In this document: positions 8,957 through 16,665 of the stretch, piece after piece
Position numbering within the stretch: the stretch's first letter is position 1
How the letters are laid out: the number at the start of each line of letters is the position of its first letter
Assembly (NCBI GenBank): GCA_965223415.1
Contig: OZ245002.1
Coordinates: 3,232,001 to 3,296,000 of the forward strand
Reading direction: 5' to 3'
Source of the DNA: Myxococcota bacterium
GTDB taxonomy: Bacteria > Myxococcota_A > UBA9160 > UBA6930
DNA: 64,000 bases
Program-made: the position numbers and the translations under genes
Notes under the pieces: model-generated
Database searches by the model: none
What the model was told of the DNA's origin: nothing
What the model saw: the letters and a program-made list of their open reading frames with translations, nothing else

Positions 8957-9403
8957 TCAGCTCGGCGCCGGCGGAACGACCAGCACCGGTCGAGCCGACC
9001 GGCGCACGAGCTTGTCCGTCAGCGACCCGAGCAGGAAGCGGCCGGCGGCGCCGAAGCCGTGCCGCCCGACGACGATCAGGTCCGCGTCCACCTCGTCGGC
9101 ATGGTCGAGGAGGGTCTGGCAGGTGTCACTGCCGCAGACGTCCACATGGCCTCGGGCGGGCACGTCCGCCTCGGCGAGGAACGCCTCGAGGGCACGTCGC
9201 GCGGCCTCCACCTCTTCGTCCTGGAGGCGCTTCACCGCCTCGCGGCTGCCCTTCGAGCCACGGAAGAGCGGCTTGAGCTCCGGTGTCACGTGGACCAACT
9301 CGACCCTCCCACCCAGGGCCCCGGCCAGCTCGAAGGCGTGGCAGACGGCCACCTCGGCGGCTTCCGAGAAGTCCGTCCCGACCAGGATCACGCGCTCGCC
9401 CAT
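8957..9403 (-). CDS. Universal stress protein (UspA family)
   Basis: ILVGTDFSEAA...ADLIVVGRHG...FLLGSLTDKLVRRSARPVLVV. Confidence 0.92.
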   Translation of the reverse strand: MGERVILVGTDFSEAAEVAVCHAFELAGALGGRVELVHVTPELKPLFRGSKGSREAVKRLQDEEVEAARRALEAFLAEADVPARGHVDVCGSDTCQTLLDHADEVDADLIVVGRHGFGAAGRFLLGSLTDKLVRRSARPVLVVPPAPS

Positions 9404-9426
9404 GTCGGGAGACTACCGGTCTCCCG

Positions 9427-9993
9427 CTAGTCGTCGATCTTGTCGAGCAGCTCGCGCAGCTCTCCGATCACGCGCTTGCGCAGCTTTCCGCCCACGTCGT
9501 GGAGGCTGTGGCGCACGTCCTCGAGCGCGTCGTAGCGAGCCTCGCGGCGCCGCCGGCTACGCGCCGAGCGGGCCGCCTCGCGGAGCTCGGAGCCCGCCGC
9601 CTCGGAGACGTTCCAGAGCTGGACGCCCAGCTCCATCACCAGATCGTCGAGGGAGACGAGCCCGACCACCTTGCCGCCCTCGACGAGGGGGACCCGCCGC
9701 ACGCCGCGATCTTCGAGCTGCTTCAGCAGCTCGAGGGTCGAGGTGCGGCGGTCGGCAGTGAGCAGGTCCTTCGACATGATCTCGCTGGCCTCGGTCTTGT
9801 CCGGGTCGCGAGCGTCGGCCACGACGCGTACGACGAGATCCCGATCGGTGATGATGCCCGCGGGCGCACCGGTCGAGTCCACCACGACGACGGAGCCCAC
9901 GGCGTGGGCGTCCATCTCGTCCGCGACGTGGCGGATGCTGGCATGGGTATGCACTGTCACCGCGTTCGATTCGTACTCTTCTGCTGAACGCAT
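9427..9993 (-). CDS. CBS domain protein with C-terminal helical extension
   Basis: GIITDRDLVVRVV...VRRVPLVEGGKVVGLVSLDDL; start MRSAEEY with SD GAGGAG. Confidence 0.85.
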   Translation of the reverse strand: MRSAEEYESNAVTVHTHASIRHVADEMDAHAVGSVVVVDSTGAPAGIITDRDLVVRVVADARDPDKTEASEIMSKDLLTADRRTSTLELLKQLEDRGVRRVPLVEGGKVVGLVSLDDLVMELGVQLWNVSEAAGSELREAARSARSRRRREARYDALEDVRHSLHDVGGKLRKRVIGELRELLDKIDD

Positions 9994-10003
9994 GCTCTTC
10001 TCC

Positions 10004-10429
10004 TCAGTCCTGCGCCCACTGGCTGCGGGCGACCTGGGCCGCCTGGTCCAGCTCGGTGGCGATGACCTGCAGGGCGTCGTCCCATTCCATGACACCGATG
10101 GTCTTGCCGGCGTCGTCGACGACCGGGATGCGTCGCAGGCCGTCGGCCCTCATGCGCCGGAAGGCGGTGAGGAGCGGGGTCGACTCCCACAGGGTGGTGA
10201 TCTCCTCGTGCATCACCTCGCCCACCTTCGTCTCGTTCGGCTGGCGGCCTCTTCGCAGCACCTGCATGGCGACGTCGCGATCGGTCAGCGTCCCGATCGG
10301 GCGCTCCTTGTCGTCGACGACGACGAGGCAGCCCGCGTTCTCGTCTCTCATCCGCTGGGCCGCCTCGCGGACCGTCTCGTCTTGGTTGGCCCGCGAGAAG
10401 CCCCTTCGGCAGTGATCTCCGACAGACAT
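10004..10429 (-). CDS. CBS domain protein (Hrp1-like)
   Basis: ETVREAAQRMRDENAGCLVVVD...GTLTDRDVAM...RRIPVVDD. Confidence 0.88.
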   Translation of the reverse strand: MSVGDHCRRGFSRANQDETVREAAQRMRDENAGCLVVVDDKERPIGTLTDRDVAMQVLRRGRQPNETKVGEVMHEEITTLWESTPLLTAFRRMRADGLRRIPVVDDAGKTIGVMEWDDALQVIATELDQAAQVARSQWAQD

Positions 10430-10479
10430 GGCGCTCCTCCGATGACTGCGCCCGGAAGCGGGCGACGAGCCTTCGCTAC

Positions 10480-10495
10480 TGCAATGCCCGGGCCA
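10480..10495 (-). promoter_or_regulatory. Sigma54 (-24/-12) promoter candidate for the CBS-CBS-usp genes
   Basis: Minus strand TGGCCC-GGGCA-TTGCA matches TGGCAC-N5-TTGCW, about 50 nt upstream of ATG 10429. Confidence 0.65.
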
Positions 10496-10570
10496 GTAGC
10501 CGGAGGGGTCCGGGGCACCGGGGCGCGGCGGCCTGAGGCAGGGGGCCGCGTTCTGGGGCTCCCTGCCGCA

Positions 10571-11323
10571 TCACACCTCGTCGGTGAGGAGCGTCGCCAG
10601 CTCGGCGTGGGAATCGACGACCCGATCCGCCTCGGGGAGCTCGTCCACGTCGTCGTGGACGGCGCGAAGCCGAACGCTCCCCATCCCCATCGCCCGTGCG
10701 CCCGCGACGTCGGTGCGGCGCAGGTCGCCCACGTGGACCGTTTCGTGGGCGGCGGTGCCCAGGGCGCGCAGGGCGGCGCCGAAGATCTGCGGGTCGGGCT
10801 TGGGCACGCCGACCTCGTCGGAGAAGAGCTGGGCTCCGAGGGGAGAGAGCAGCCCCAGGCGGTCGAGGTGGCGGCGTACCACCCGGCCCGGCGTGAGGCC
10901 CGTGTCGCAGATCAAGGCCATGGCGATGCCCTGCTTCCCGAGCGCGTCGAGCGTCTCCCGCGCGCCGGGGAGCGCCACCACGCGCCCCGAGTGCGATGCC
11001 TCCTCGAAGTGGTGGGTCAGGTGACGGACGGGAGCCCCCTCGGTCGAGACGCCCAGGGCCTCGAGGGCCCAGCCGGCCACGTGGCTGGCGCCGGTCGCCA
11101 CGCCCTCCGCCCAGAGGTCCATGTGCCGTCCCCAGGCGAGGCGGAAGGCCTCCTCCACCTCCGCCGGTTCGGGTTCGGCGCCGGTCTCGCGGGCCGCCTC
11201 GCCCAGGGCTTGCACGCGGCGGCGGTGGGCCGTGCCCCAGTCGGTCTCCTGAAGCAGCGTGTTCCAGCAATCGAAGGTGACGGCACGGGGACGGGACGGC
11301 AGGACGTGCTCCTCTCTCCTCAA
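10571..11323 (-). CDS. HAD-superfamily hydrolase
   Basis: AVTFDCWNTLL (motif I), GVPKPDPQIF, HVGDLRRTDVAGA. Probable TTG start overlapping the upstream stop. Confidence 0.85.
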   Translation of the reverse strand: MRREEHVLPSRPRAVTFDCWNTLLQETDWGTAHRRRVQALGEAARETGAEPEPAEVEEAFRLAWGRHMDLWAEGVATGASHVAGWALEALGVSTEGAPVRHLTHHFEEASHSGRVVALPGARETLDALGKQGIAMALICDTGLTPGRVVRRHLDRLGLLSPLGAQLFSDEVGVPKPDPQIFGAALRALGTAAHETVHVGDLRRTDVAGARAMGMGSVRLRAVHDDVDELPEADRVVDSHAELATLLTDEV

Positions 11324-12530
11324 TCCGGGAAGCGCTCGGGCCAGCCGGGAATGGCGGCGCGGGTGGCTTGGATGCATCGCTCGACGGGCTGGCCCGTGTC
11401 CAGCAGCAGGTGTTCGCCGGGCTCATCGTTCGACCAGGGCTCCCAGCGCAGCGACAGCTCCCTCGCGATCGCGTCCCAGGCCGGCTCGTCGCAGCCGTCC
11501 CGCGCGTCGCGCTCGGCCCAGCGCTTGCGCAACACTGCCGGGTCCGGACGGCATTCGACGAACCAGACGGGTACACCGTGGGACGCGGCCAGGTCGGCCA
11601 CCTCCCGGCGCCGGGTGCGGTTCGGCATGCAGGCGTCGAGCACCACCGGTCGCCCGGAGGCGAGGACCGGCTCGGCCCGGGCGAGCACCGCGTGGTAGCC
11701 TCGCTCCTCGAAGCCGGGGGCGAAGGCGCGCTGCCAGCGGGCCTCGTGGATCTCGCGCTCGCTCCAGCCCGGCGGCACGTCGAGCAGGACGTCGCGCACT
11801 GCATCTGCCACCACCCGCGGCGCACCGATGCGGAGCGCGAGGGCCCGGGCGATGGTGCTCTTCCCGCTGGCGACGGGCCCGGTCGTGGCGAGCACGATCG
11901 GCGCCAGGAGCGCCCGCCTGCCGCTGGCGAGCGCCGCCAGGGCGAAGGCCCTTCCTTCTGGTCGGCCGCCTCGACCGCCAGCCGGCAGGCCTGATGCCGC
12001 TCGTAGAAATCGATCACGCGGAACAGGTCGTAGTCGTCGGCGGCGAGCGCGTGGGCGGCCAGCACCTGCTCCGCCCGGTGCCCGGCGCGGCGCGCCGTGA
12101 GGTCGACGCAGAGCCGGGCGAGGGCCTCGGCGACGTCGCGCAGAGCCGTCTCGTCGGCGAAGTGGAGACCGCCGTCGTCGTCGAGCCCTACCCGGTCGCA
12201 GCGCAGATCGCCGGGCACGCGGCGGATACGCCCGTCCTCGATCCGATCGAGCAGTGCGTCGACGGCACTCCGCAAGAGCTCCGCCTGCTGGCGCTCGATC
12301 CGGCCGAGATCGTCGCGTCCGAGTCGAGCGCGCTCCGCGACGGCTCGAAGGCCGGCGACGGCTTCCCGGACGCGCCGGGCCAGGGCGACCGGCGTGGCGC
12401 TCCCGCCACCGTCGACGCCCCTGGGCGCGCTCGCGAAGGTGCGGGCGAGCCCCCGGCCGAGGGCCTCCGCCGTCTCGGCGTCGAAGCGGGCTTCCGCGAG
12501 GCGCCGGTCGAGGAGGTCGACCGACTTCAT
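11320..12530 (-). pseudogene. Degenerate aminoglycoside-phosphotransferase-like / AAA_33 kinase fusion, frameshifted near 11950
   Basis: N-terminal part ...RIEDGRIRRVPGDLR...DDYDLFRVIDFYE. The C-terminal part is in another frame: RAFALAALASGRRALLAPIVLATTGPVASGKST (Walker A)...VVLDACM. Confidence 0.7.
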
Positions 12531-13318
12531 CGCGGATCCCCGGGCGCAGGCTCCCAGCTCTGGATCGCCTGCCAGATCTCCTCCGGCGTCTCGGCGAAGC
12601 GCACCAGCTCGCGGTCCTCCGGGCGGATCACGCCTTCGTCGACCAGGAACCCGAAGTCGATCGCCCGCTCCCAGAAGCGGCGGCCGACCAGGACGATCGG
12701 AAGGGCCGGCCGCTTGCCGGTCTGCACCAGGGTGAGCACCTCGAAGAGCTCGTCGAGGGTGCCGTAGCCGCCGGGGAAGGCCACCAGCGCGTGGGCCCGG
12801 AGCATGAAGTGGAGCTTGCGCAGGGCGAAGTAGCGGAACTCGAAGGACAGGCCCGGCGTCAGGTAGGGGTTCGGCGCCTGCTCGCTCGGGAGCGTGATGT
12901 TGAGGCCGACGGTCGGGGCGCCGGCGTCGAAGGCTCCGCGGTTCGCCGCCTCCATCAGGCCCGGGCCGCCGCCGGTCATCACGACCAGGCCGTCTCGCTG
13001 GGCCGCCAGCTCGCCGAAGGCGCGGGCGCGGTCGTAGTAGTGGGCGTTCTCGAGGCGGCGATCGCACACGCGGACCTCGCGCCGGGTCTCCTCGTCGTCT
13101 CGCTCCCCATGGCGGTGTCTCGCGGCCGCGAGCTCCCGCCGGGCCTCCGCCTCCTCGACGATGCGGGTGCTCCCGAACACGATGATGGTGCGGGTCACAC
13201 CGCGTTCGCGTAGGCCCAGCTCGGGCTTCAGGTACTCGAGCAGCAGGCGCACCGGCCGCAGCTCGTCCCGGGCGAGGAAGTCCAGGTCGAGATCGGCGCG
13301 GGAGGGATTGTGGTCCAT
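12527..13318 (-). CDS. LOG family nucleotide phosphoribohydrolase (TIGR00730-like)
   Basis: VFGSTRI, TGGGPGLMEAANRGA, FRYFALRK, FPGGYGTLDELFE. Confidence 0.9.
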   Translation of the reverse strand: MDHNPSRADLDLDFLARDELRPVRLLLEYLKPELGLRERGVTRTIIVFGSTRIVEEAEARRELAAARHRHGERDDEETRREVRVCDRRLENAHYYDRARAFGELAAQRDGLVVMTGGGPGLMEAANRGAFDAGAPTVGLNITLPSEQAPNPYLTPGLSFEFRYFALRKLHFMLRAHALVAFPGGYGTLDELFEVLTLVQTGKRPALPIVLVGRRFWERAIDFGFLVDEGVIRPEDRELVRFAETPEEIWQAIQSWEPAPGDPR

Positions 13319-13320
13319 CG

Positions 13321-14823
13321 TCACCCTCCGACCAGGATCCGCAACGTCAGCGTGTAGACCAGTCCGGTGATGAGCGCGATGCCGATCGCGTTGAGCCACC
13401 AGCCGGCGCGGACCATGTCTTCGATCTGCAGGCGGCCCGAGCCGAAGACCACGGCGTTTGGCGGCGTGGCGACCGGCAGCATGAAGGCGCAGCTGGCGGC
13501 CACCGTGGCGGGCACGACCAGCAGCAGGGGCGGAAGCCCCAGGCCAGGGGCGATGCCCGCCAGGATCGGTACCAGGGTCGCGGTCGTGGCGGTGTTGCTC
13601 GTCACCTCGGTGAGGAAGATCATGCCGGCCACGACAGCGAGCACCAACAGCAGCCGGGGTACCCCCGCGAGCGCCTGGACCTGGTGCCCGAGGTAGGCGC
13701 CGACGCCCTGGTCCTGGATCGCCGCCGCCAGGCTGAGGCCGCCGCCGAAGAGCAGCAGGAGGCCCCAGGGAAGCTGGACCGCCGTGTCCCAGTCCATTAC
13801 CGCGCCTTCGCCCCGGCCGGCCGGCAGCACGAACAGCGCGAGGGCAGCGACGATGGCGATGCCGGGATCGCTCAGGCCCGCCAGGGGGCGCGCGCCGGCG
13901 ATCTCGATTCCGGCCAGCCAGGGGCGGGTGATCCACGCCGCTGCGGCCAGGACGAAGACGGCCAGGGTGAGCCACTCGGCGCTCCGCACCCGTCCGAGCC
14001 CGGCGGCCGCGCGGCGGTAGACCTGCTCGCCGCCGGGGACGTGTCGGATCCGGATCGGGAACACGACGCGGGTGAGCAGCCAGCCGGTGAGCGGGAGGAA
14101 GACCGCCACCAACGGCAGCCCCACGGCCATCCAGCGGGCGAAGCCGATCTCGACGCCCAGCTCCTGGCTCGCGAAAGAGGCCAGGAACAGATTGGGTGGC
14201 GTTCCGATCAGCGTGCCCACGCCGCCGATCGACGCTCCGTAGGCGATGCCGAGGAGAAGCGCGCGGGCGAAGTTCTCCCCATCGGCGGCGTCGCCATCGC
14301 CCTCCGGCCCTGGCTCGCCGACGAGCGCGATGACGCTGACGGCGATGGGCAGCATCATCACCGCCGTCGCCGTGTTCGAGACCCACATGCTGAAGAACGC
14401 GGTCAGGGCCATGAAGCCGCCGACCACGCGGCGCGGCCGGGCGCCCACCCGCCGCAGCACGGCCAGGGCGATGCGCCGGTCGAGCCCCCAGCGCTGCATC
14501 GCCAACGCGAGGACGAAGCCACCCATGAACAGGAAGATCAGGGGATGCGCGTAGGGCGCCGCCGTCTCGCGCAGACCCCGGCCGGTGGCGAGGGGGAGGA
14601 CGGCCAGCGGCAACAGGGCCGTGGCGTAGAGGGGAATCGCTTCGGTCATCCACCACACGGCCATCCAGACCGCCAATCCGGCGGTGACTCGGCCGCCGGG
14701 ACCGAGGGCTGCGAGCTTGTCACCATCCGCGTCGGGAAGCAGCATCGCCACGGCGAGCCCGAGGAGCGGGCCCGCTCCTCGACCGGCCCGCTGCACCCGC
14801 TCACGTCGCTTCGACGGCTCCAT
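13321..14823 (-). CDS. DASS/SLC13 sodium-coupled anion symporter
   Basis: SMWVSNTAT, GTLIGTPPN, TEVTSNTAT and AFMLPVATPPNA motifs. Confidence 0.92.
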   Translation of the reverse strand: MEPSKRRERVQRAGRGAGPLLGLAVAMLLPDADGDKLAALGPGGRVTAGLAVWMAVWWMTEAIPLYATALLPLAVLPLATGRGLRETAAPYAHPLIFLFMGGFVLALAMQRWGLDRRIALAVLRRVGARPRRVVGGFMALTAFFSMWVSNTATAVMMLPIAVSVIALVGEPGPEGDGDAADGENFARALLLGIAYGASIGGVGTLIGTPPNLFLASFASQELGVEIGFARWMAVGLPLVAVFLPLTGWLLTRVVFPIRIRHVPGGEQVYRRAAAGLGRVRSAEWLTLAVFVLAAAAWITRPWLAGIEIAGARPLAGLSDPGIAIVAALALFVLPAGRGEGAVMDWDTAVQLPWGLLLLFGGGLSLAAAIQDQGVGAYLGHQVQALAGVPRLLLVLAVVAGMIFLTEVTSNTATTATLVPILAGIAPGLGLPPLLLVVPATVAASCAFMLPVATPPNAVVFGSGRLQIEDMVRAGWWLNAIGIALITGLVYTLTLRILVGG

Positions 14824-15438
14824 CTAGGGCGCTCCGCCGCACCGTAAACGCAGTGCCGCCCACAGCGCGCCCACCGAGAGCCACGAGCCCAGCAGGGCCA
14901 GGGCCGTGTCCTTCTGGGCGTCCCAGATGTCACCCTGGGCGCCGACGAATGCGATGCCGAGCTCCGGGTCGACGACGCTGGCGGCGCCCCACTCGAGGAG
15001 CTCGTAGAAGGTCGAGCACGAGACCACGATCGAGACGGCCAGGGAAGCCCGGAGCCAGGTCCGTCCCCGGAGCACCCTGCCGAGGAGCTGCCAGGCGGCG
15101 GGCGCCACGAGGAGCCCGAAGGCGAAGTGCACGAGGCGGTCGTAGTGGTTGCGATCGCCTTCGAGCCAGGGAACCCACGACGCGTAGGGCACGTGGGAGT
15201 AGGTGAAGTGGCTGCCGACCTCGTGCAGAGCGAGGAACAGCAGGAGCGCGAGTACGACGCCGTAGGAGAGCCGGTGCCGCTCGCGGCCGAGCACCAGGAA
15301 CAACGCGGCCGGAGCCGAGATCAGGTTCTCGAGCAGCCAGTCGCCCCGGTCGTGCGGCGCCCACGCCAGGAACACGAACTCGCCGGCGAAGAGCGCCGCC
15401 GCCCACCACGGAAACCGCGTCGCCCTGCTCCCAGCCAT
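14824..15438 (-). CDS. DUF2238 membrane protein
   Basis: DWLLEN, HEVGSHFTYSHVP, RNHYDRLVHFAFG, GAQGDIWDAQKD. The ORF-track N-terminus is translated palindrome. Confidence 0.85.
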   Translation of the reverse strand: MAGSRATRFPWWAAALFAGEFVFLAWAPHDRGDWLLENLISAPAALFLVLGRERHRLSYGVVLALLLFLALHEVGSHFTYSHVPYASWVPWLEGDRNHYDRLVHFAFGLLVAPAAWQLLGRVLRGRTWLRASLAVSIVVSCSTFYELLEWGAASVVDPELGIAFVGAQGDIWDAQKDTALALLGSWLSVGALWAALRLRCGGAP

Positions 15439-15467
15439 CCGCCGAGAGTGCCCCCGCCCCCCGAGAA

Positions 15468-15542
15468 CGCAAGAGTGGGGACGTTCCTTGCATCTTGCGC
15501 TCTCGAAGAGCGCAAGATGCAAGGAACGTCCCCACTCTTGCG
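15468..15542. repeat. Perfect 75-nt palindrome: inverted doublet of 32-nt REP-like units (family B)
   Basis: CGCAAGAGTGGGGACGTTCCTTGCATCTTGCG-CTCTCGAAGAG-CGCAAGATGCAAGGAACGTCCCCACTCTTGCG; 36-bp stem, 3-nt loop. Confidence 0.92.
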
Positions 15543-15546
15543 GGGC

Positions 15547-16662
15547 TCAGTGGGTGCGGCGGAGGGCGGGGACGAGGAGGGGGAGGGCGAGGAGGCCGGC
15601 GGCGGCGATGGCGGTGGCGAGGGCGCCCGGGTTCGCGGCGAGGAGGCCCGCGGCGGCGGGGCCCAGGGCCGAGCCGGCGGCGCTCATCCCCGAGGCGGCG
15701 GAGGTCCAACGGCCGGCCGGGTCGAGGGCGGCAGCGACACCGAGCAGGTAGGGCGTGGTGAAGAAGAAGGCGACGGCCCAAACGAGCTGGGTCAGGACGA
15801 ACAGGGACACGGTGGTGGCGAGGGCCAGGCCGGTCATGCTCGCGGTGGAGACCACCACGCCGAGGAGGAGCGGCCCGGCGCGTCCGCGGCGCGTGCCGAG
15901 CCAGGCCGCCGCCGCGGCGCCGCCCAGGCCGAGCACGGTCGCCGCGCCGAGCACGCTGCCCACGCCGGAGGGGCCGAGGCCCGCCGCCGTGCCGATCCGT
16001 TCGCTGAGCGTCCAGATGCCCATGCCCGCGACCGACATGGCGAGGATCGCCGCCAGGGCGGCGAAGGCGGCAGCGCGATGGGGCGCGCGACCCCGCGGAC
16101 CCGCGGCGCTTCCGTCGGCAACCTCCGGCAGGTTCCCAACCAGGGGCGCGGCGCACACGCATAACGTCGCCAGGGCGAGGAATGCGCCTGCCGCGCCGAA
16201 GGGTACGGTCACGGACGGAAGCCCCACGAGCAGCAGGCCGATCGCGAGCCCCTCGAGCAGCGCGATGGTCGCGAACAGCCGATCCGGCTCGCGGCTTCCC
16301 GCCGCCGCCGCACTGGCCGAGGCGATCAGCCAGCCCGCGCCGAGCCCCGCGCCGGCCCGGGCGACCAGAAGCCACAGGCCGGGTCCGAGCCCGGCCGACG
16401 CGGCGTTGCCCGCCACCGCGGCGAGCAGGCCGATCCCTGCCCAGCGCCGCCGCGAGTCCCGGGCCATGCGCGGGGCCACCGCGACCGCACCGACGAAGGT
16501 CGCGCTGAGCTCCACGGTCAGCAGCAGGCCCGCCCCCACCTCCGTCAGCCCGAGATCCGAGATGAGCACGCCCATCAGGAGCGGCAGCACCCCGGCCCCG
16601 AGGTTGCCCGCCGTATGGACAGCGACCAGGGCCGCCACCTGACGGGGTGCCGACCGCTCCAC
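15547..16662 (-). CDS. MFS-like membrane transporter
   Basis: About 12 hydrophobic segments; LLVARAGAGLGAG and AAALDPAGRW motifs. Confidence 0.75.
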   Translation of the reverse strand: MERSAPRQVAALVAVHTAGNLGAGVLPLLMGVLISDLGLTEVGAGLLLTVELSATFVGAVAVAPRMARDSRRRWAGIGLLAAVAGNAASAGLGPGLWLLVARAGAGLGAGWLIASASAAAAGSREPDRLFATIALLEGLAIGLLLVGLPSVTVPFGAAGAFLALATLCVCAAPLVGNLPEVADGSAAGPRGRAPHRAAAFAALAAILAMSVAGMGIWTLSERIGTAAGLGPSGVGSVLGAATVLGLGGAAAAAWLGTRRGRAGPLLLGVVVSTASMTGLALATTVSLFVLTQLVWAVAFFFTTPYLLGVAAALDPAGRWTSAASGMSAAGSALGPAAAGLLAANPGALATAIAAAGLLALPLLVPALRRTH

Positions 16663-16665
16663 CGC

